Origin: a candidate division WOR-3 bacterium
GTDB taxonomy: Bacteria; Hydrothermota; Tepidihabitantia; Tepidihabitantales; JAOUPE01
Length of the DNA stretch: 19,851 bases
NCBI GenBank assembly: GCA_039801565.1
Contig: JBDRUX010000042.1
Span: forward strand, 1 to 19,851
Direction of reading: 5' to 3'
In this document: piece after piece, positions 16,265 to 19,851 of the stretch
How the letters are laid out: each line of letters opens with the position of its first letter
Numbering within the stretch: the first letter of the stretch is position 1
The notes under the pieces: model-generated
What the model saw: the letters and a program-made list of their open reading frames with translations, nothing else
What the model was told of the DNA's origin: nothing
Databases searched by the model: none
Translations under genes and position numbers: made by a program

Positions 16265-19200
16265 ATGATTGCGCGACTGATTGATCTTTGCCTTAAGAAT
16301 CGGTTCGTCGTCTTAGTCATCTTTGGCATTGTGGTTATTTGGTCTTGGTATGCAATCAATCGGGTGCCAGTTGATGCGATACCGGATATCGGTGAAAACC
16401 AACAGATTGTCTTTGTTGATTGGCCAGGCAGGGATGCAAAAACGATTGAAAACCAGATAACTTACCCTCTAACCACACTACTCCAAGGGATACCAGGAGT
16501 TAAGACAATTCGGGCTTCTTCCGAATTTGGATTCTCGATTGTCTATATCATTTTCCGAGATTGGATTAATTTCTATTGGGCAAGAAGTCGAATCATAGAG
16601 AAACTGCAACAAGCCAATAAGTTTTTACCTGAGGGTGTGACTCCAGTTTTAGGTCCGGATGCTACGGGCTTGGGACAAGTTTTTTGGTATACGGTCGAAG
16701 GTGAAGGTTACAATTTAGCTGAATTGCGCTCAATCCAGGATTGGTATATCCGCTATCAGTTACAATCGGTCGAAGGGGTTTCCGAAGTCGCCTCAGTCGG
16801 TGGATTTGTTAAACAGTATCAAATTGATATAAATCCCCTCAAACTTGCTAACTACGGGGTAGACTTTATGACGGTTTATAATGCAGTGCGCAATTCTAAT
16901 ATTGATGTTGGAGCCAAGGTCATTGAACAGGCTGGAATGGAATTCATCATCCGTGGTGTCGGATTCATTAAAACGGTTGACGATATAAAAAATATTGCGG
17001 TCGGTTCTTTCAATGGTACACCGTTATTTTTAAGCGATGTGGCGACTGTCCAAATCGGTCCGGAGTTTCGGCGCGGTGCCTTAGATAAAGGAGGAAAAGA
17101 AGTGGTAGGCGGTGTCGTGACCGTCCGCTATAAAGAAAACCCGCTGACCGTCATCCGTCGAGTTAAACAGCGAATAAAAGAGATCGAATCCGGTTTGCCC
17201 CAAGGAGTAAAAATAATCCCATTTTATGACCGAACCGAGTTGATTCATAGAACAATCAATACCCTTAGAGATACGCTGATTTTAGAAATAGCGATTTGTA
17301 TCTTGGTCGTTTTCATCTTTTTAAATCATTTCTGGTCTTCGTTAATTGTCTCAATCTCATTACCAATCGCAGTCGGAATATCCTTCATCGTTATGTATTA
17401 TCTCAAGATTGACTCCAATATAATGTCATTGAGTGGGATTGCCATCGCGATTGGCACCTTAGTTGATATGGGGATTATTGTGACCGAAAATGCCTACCGG
17501 CGCTTGACCGCGGCTGGTGAGAAAAGACCGCGTTTGGTTGTGGTTGCCGAAGCTACCAAAGAGGTGGGGTCGGCGGTCATCACTGCCATTTTGACGACGG
17601 TTGTCTCATTCCTGCCAGTCTTTGCCCTGGAATCCCAAGAGGGTAAACTCTTCAAACCGCTTGCCTATACAAAGACTTTTGCCCTTGTAGCCTCCGTTGT
17701 GATTGCCCTAACCTTTACCACAGTCCTGGCTTTTTATTTTTTGCGTGGCAAATTGCAGCCGGTAGAAGAAAATCGGATTTCGAGACTAATCCAAAAATAT
17801 TACGAAAAGGTTTTGCGTTGGACAATTACCCATCGCTGGCAATTTCTTTTAATTCCGCTGACAATTTTTACAAGCGCCTTAATCCTTATAACTCGGCTGG
17901 GCAGTGAATTTATGCCGCCATTCGATGAAGGAACAATTCTTTATATGCCGGTGGTCGCACCATCAGTTTCATTAACCGAAGCGTTGCGGATTATGCAAAT
18001 TCAAGATACGATAATCAAATCATTTCCTGAGGTAGCCAATGTGGTTGGTAAATTAGGCAGAGCCGAGACACCGCTTGACCCAGCACCGATTGAAATGTTC
18101 GAGACGACAATAACCCTTAAACCGAAAATATATTGGCGCAAAGGAATGACCAAAGAGAAATTGATTCACGAGTTGGATTTGGCATTAAAATTCCCGGGGG
18201 TTAGTAATATCTGGACCCAACCGATTGTGAATCGAATTGATATGCTGGCAACAGGTATCCGAACCCCGGTCGGCGTAAAAATCTTCGGTCCGGATATATT
18301 GGTCTTGGAACAAATGGCGGAAAGAATAAAGAATATTGTGCAAGGGGTGAGAGGTGCCGAAGATGTTTATGCCGAGAAGATTACCGGAAAACCTTACTTA
18401 GAAATTATCCCGAACCGACGAGAAATCGCTCGGTACAACCTAACGATTCGAGATATTATGGATGTGATTGAACTGGCAATCGGCGGTGAGAACTTGACGG
18501 CAATAATTGAAGGCCGTGAGCGATATCCAATTCGAGTCCGGATTGCTCGAGAATTACGTGATAGCAAAGAAAAACTACAGCGCGTCCTCATTCCTACCCC
18601 AGATGGTCAATATGTGCCATTGGGTCAGATTTGTGAACTAAGAGTAACCGAAGGACCAGCGATGATTAATTCCGAGAACGGGATGCTTCGAGCCTATGTA
18701 TTAATGAATGTGCGGAATCGAGATTTGGTTGGATTCGTCAATGAGGCAAGCCGAACCGTTGCTAAAGCTCTGGCAGAAAAGATACCGCCTGGTTATTCAA
18801 TCCAATGGTCGGGTCAATTTGAAAATCAGGTCAGAGCAAGCAAAAGACTTTCTCTGCTCGTACCGGTCAGTTTACTCATCATCTACCTTTTACTCTTTCT
18901 TAATTTCAAATCCCATCGCAGGTCATTGACAATTTTCTTAGCAATTCCGGTCACTCTTAGTGGTGGGGTTTTATTATTGGCGGTTTACGGTTTTAATTTC
19001 TCAATTGCGGTCTGGGTTGGATTTATTGCCCTCTTCGGTATCGCGGTCGATGATGGCATCCTAATTACAACCTATCTCGACCAAGTCTTCACCGAGCGAC
19101 AACCAAAAAACCGCCAAGAGGTCTTAGAAGCAACGGTCTATGCCGGCAAAGCAAGAATCCGACCGGCATTTATGACAACTATTACCACGATTTTGGCTTT

Positions 19201-19351
19201 GCTACCCATCTTCATTTTTGGTGGCACGGGCAAGGAAGTGATGCGACCGATGGCAATCCCAACTTTTGGTGGAATGATAATCGAAACGGTTACCTGGTTC
19301 ATTGTGCCAACCATCTACTCCTGGTTTGAAGAGAAAAAAATTAAAATTTAA
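16265..19351 (+). CDS. cusA: CusA-type Cu(I)/Ag(I) RND efflux transporter
   Basis: DAIPDIGENQQIV; GPDATGLG; NIMSLSGIAIAIGTLVD; conserved Met triad in LYMP, PIEMFET and NRIDMLAT; RIRPAFMT. Confidence 0.95.
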   Translation: MIARLIDLCLKNRFVVLVIFGIVVIWSWYAINRVPVDAIPDIGENQQIVFVDWPGRDAKTIENQITYPLTTLLQGIPGVKTIRASSEFGFSIVYIIFRDWINFYWARSRIIEKLQQANKFLPEGVTPVLGPDATGLGQVFWYTVEGEGYNLAELRSIQDWYIRYQLQSVEGVSEVASVGGFVKQYQIDINPLKLANYGVDFMTVYNAVRNSNIDVGAKVIEQAGMEFIIRGVGFIKTVDDIKNIAVGSFNGTPLFLSDVATVQIGPEFRRGALDKGGKEVVGGVVTVRYKENPLTVIRRVKQRIKEIESGLPQGVKIIPFYDRTELIHRTINTLRDTLILEIAICILVVFIFLNHFWSSLIVSISLPIAVGISFIVMYYLKIDSNIMSLSGIAIAIGTLVDMGIIVTENAYRRLTAAGEKRPRLVVVAEATKEVGSAVITAILTTVVSFLPVFALESQEGKLFKPLAYTKTFALVASVVIALTFTTVLAFYFLRGKLQPVEENRISRLIQKYYEKVLRWTITHRWQFLLIPLTIFTSALILITRLGSEFMPPFDEGTILYMPVVAPSVSLTEALRIMQIQDTIIKSFPEVANVVGKLGRAETPLDPAPIEMFETTITLKPKIYWRKGMTKEKLIHELDLALKFPGVSNIWTQPIVNRIDMLATGIRTPVGVKIFGPDILVLEQMAERIKNIVQGVRGAEDVYAEKITGKPYLEIIPNRREIARYNLTIRDIMDVIELAIGGENLTAIIEGRERYPIRVRIARELRDSKEKLQRVLIPTPDGQYVPLGQICELRVTEGPAMINSENGMLRAYVLMNVRNRDLVGFVNEASRTVAKALAEKIPPGYSIQWSGQFENQVRASKRLSLLVPVSLLIIYLLLFLNFKSHRRSLTIFLAIPVTLSGGVLLLAVYGFNFSIAVWVGFIALFGIAVDDGILITTYLDQVFTERQPKNRQEVLEATVYAGKARIRPAFMTTITTILALLPIFIFGGTGKEVMRPMAIPTFGGMIIETVTWFIVPTIYSWFEEKKIKI

Positions 19352-19465
19352 GTGTTCGTTGATAGAGTATTAGCCTATAATTTCATAACGCATTCTGTTC
19401 AATCTTTCTTTTCGCAAGTGTGTTAGTAGTTGTGTAATTTACTCTTTCGTGTTTTAATTTAAAAT

Positions 19466-19851
19466 GGCTCTTAGCCATTTAGTGTGGAAGAAGGGCAAAG
19501 CCTCATAACCCTTCAAACCACATTTTTAATCCGCCCCACCTCTTGGTGGACCTAAGGCGCTACGAGCTAAAATCCGTAAGATGCTGGTTGGAATAGTTCC
19601 GATAACCATAAGCCATCCGCTTGTCTAACTTTATTTTGTTATTCCTCAGTAAAGCCATTGCTTCTTTTTGCCCTTTTTCGCCTGACGCTGAAGTACCGCC
19701 CGGGTAAAATCTAATGCATAATTCACCATCCGCAAAATATGAAACTTATCCGCGATAATCATCGCATTAGGACATTCCGCCCGAATCGCATTGATATAAC
19801 CTTTATTTGTGCCGCTTTGGGACATTAAACTCATCAATGCCTATCTTCTTT
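19466..19851 (-). mobile_element. ISL3-family remnant (internally deleted, frameshifted transposase with its downstream end)
   Basis: Minus-strand fragments KKIGIDEFNVPKRHK, GYINAIRAECPNAMIIADKFH, SNGFTE and NKIKLDKRMAYGYRN match ISL3 DDE motifs. Terminal GGCTCT at 19466 next to an AT-rich flank, as is typical of ISL3 ends. Confidence 0.85.

Noticed and set aside
14902..18929. Small ORFs within the efflux operon (14902, 15369, 18394, 18708)
   Set aside because: Shadow ORFs overlapping well-supported genes.

Overview
AT-rich bacterial window. Secreted proteins with FlgD-Ig/T9SS-type C-terminal domains suggest the FCB group, possibly a WOR-3-like lineage (inference only). Left to right: a probably truncated secreted-protein gene entering from the left edge; a GC-rich degenerate 12-bp tandem array with other micro-repeats; a membrane-anchored hypothetical; an Asp-box propeller protein and an FG-GAP propeller protein, both with sorting domains; uvrA; an IS110 transposase remnant; a minus-strand three-gene operon (exported jelly-roll protein, DUF362 protein, FSA-type aldolase); a divergent ECF sigma/anti-sigma pair followed by a cusCBA-type Cu/Ag RND efflux operon; and an internally deleted ISL3 remnant at the right edge. 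Top finding: the ORF called as 11662..12237(-) appears to read through its UGA as selenocysteine. It has a Gly-Cys-Sec-Gly motif, a SECIS-like hairpin with an fdhF-like AGGUCU loop, and an extension that completes the fold and ends in an ATGA overlap with the next gene, so it is a candidate undescribed exported selenoprotein. Second finding: a shared ECF promoter motif links the sigma factor to the cus operon.
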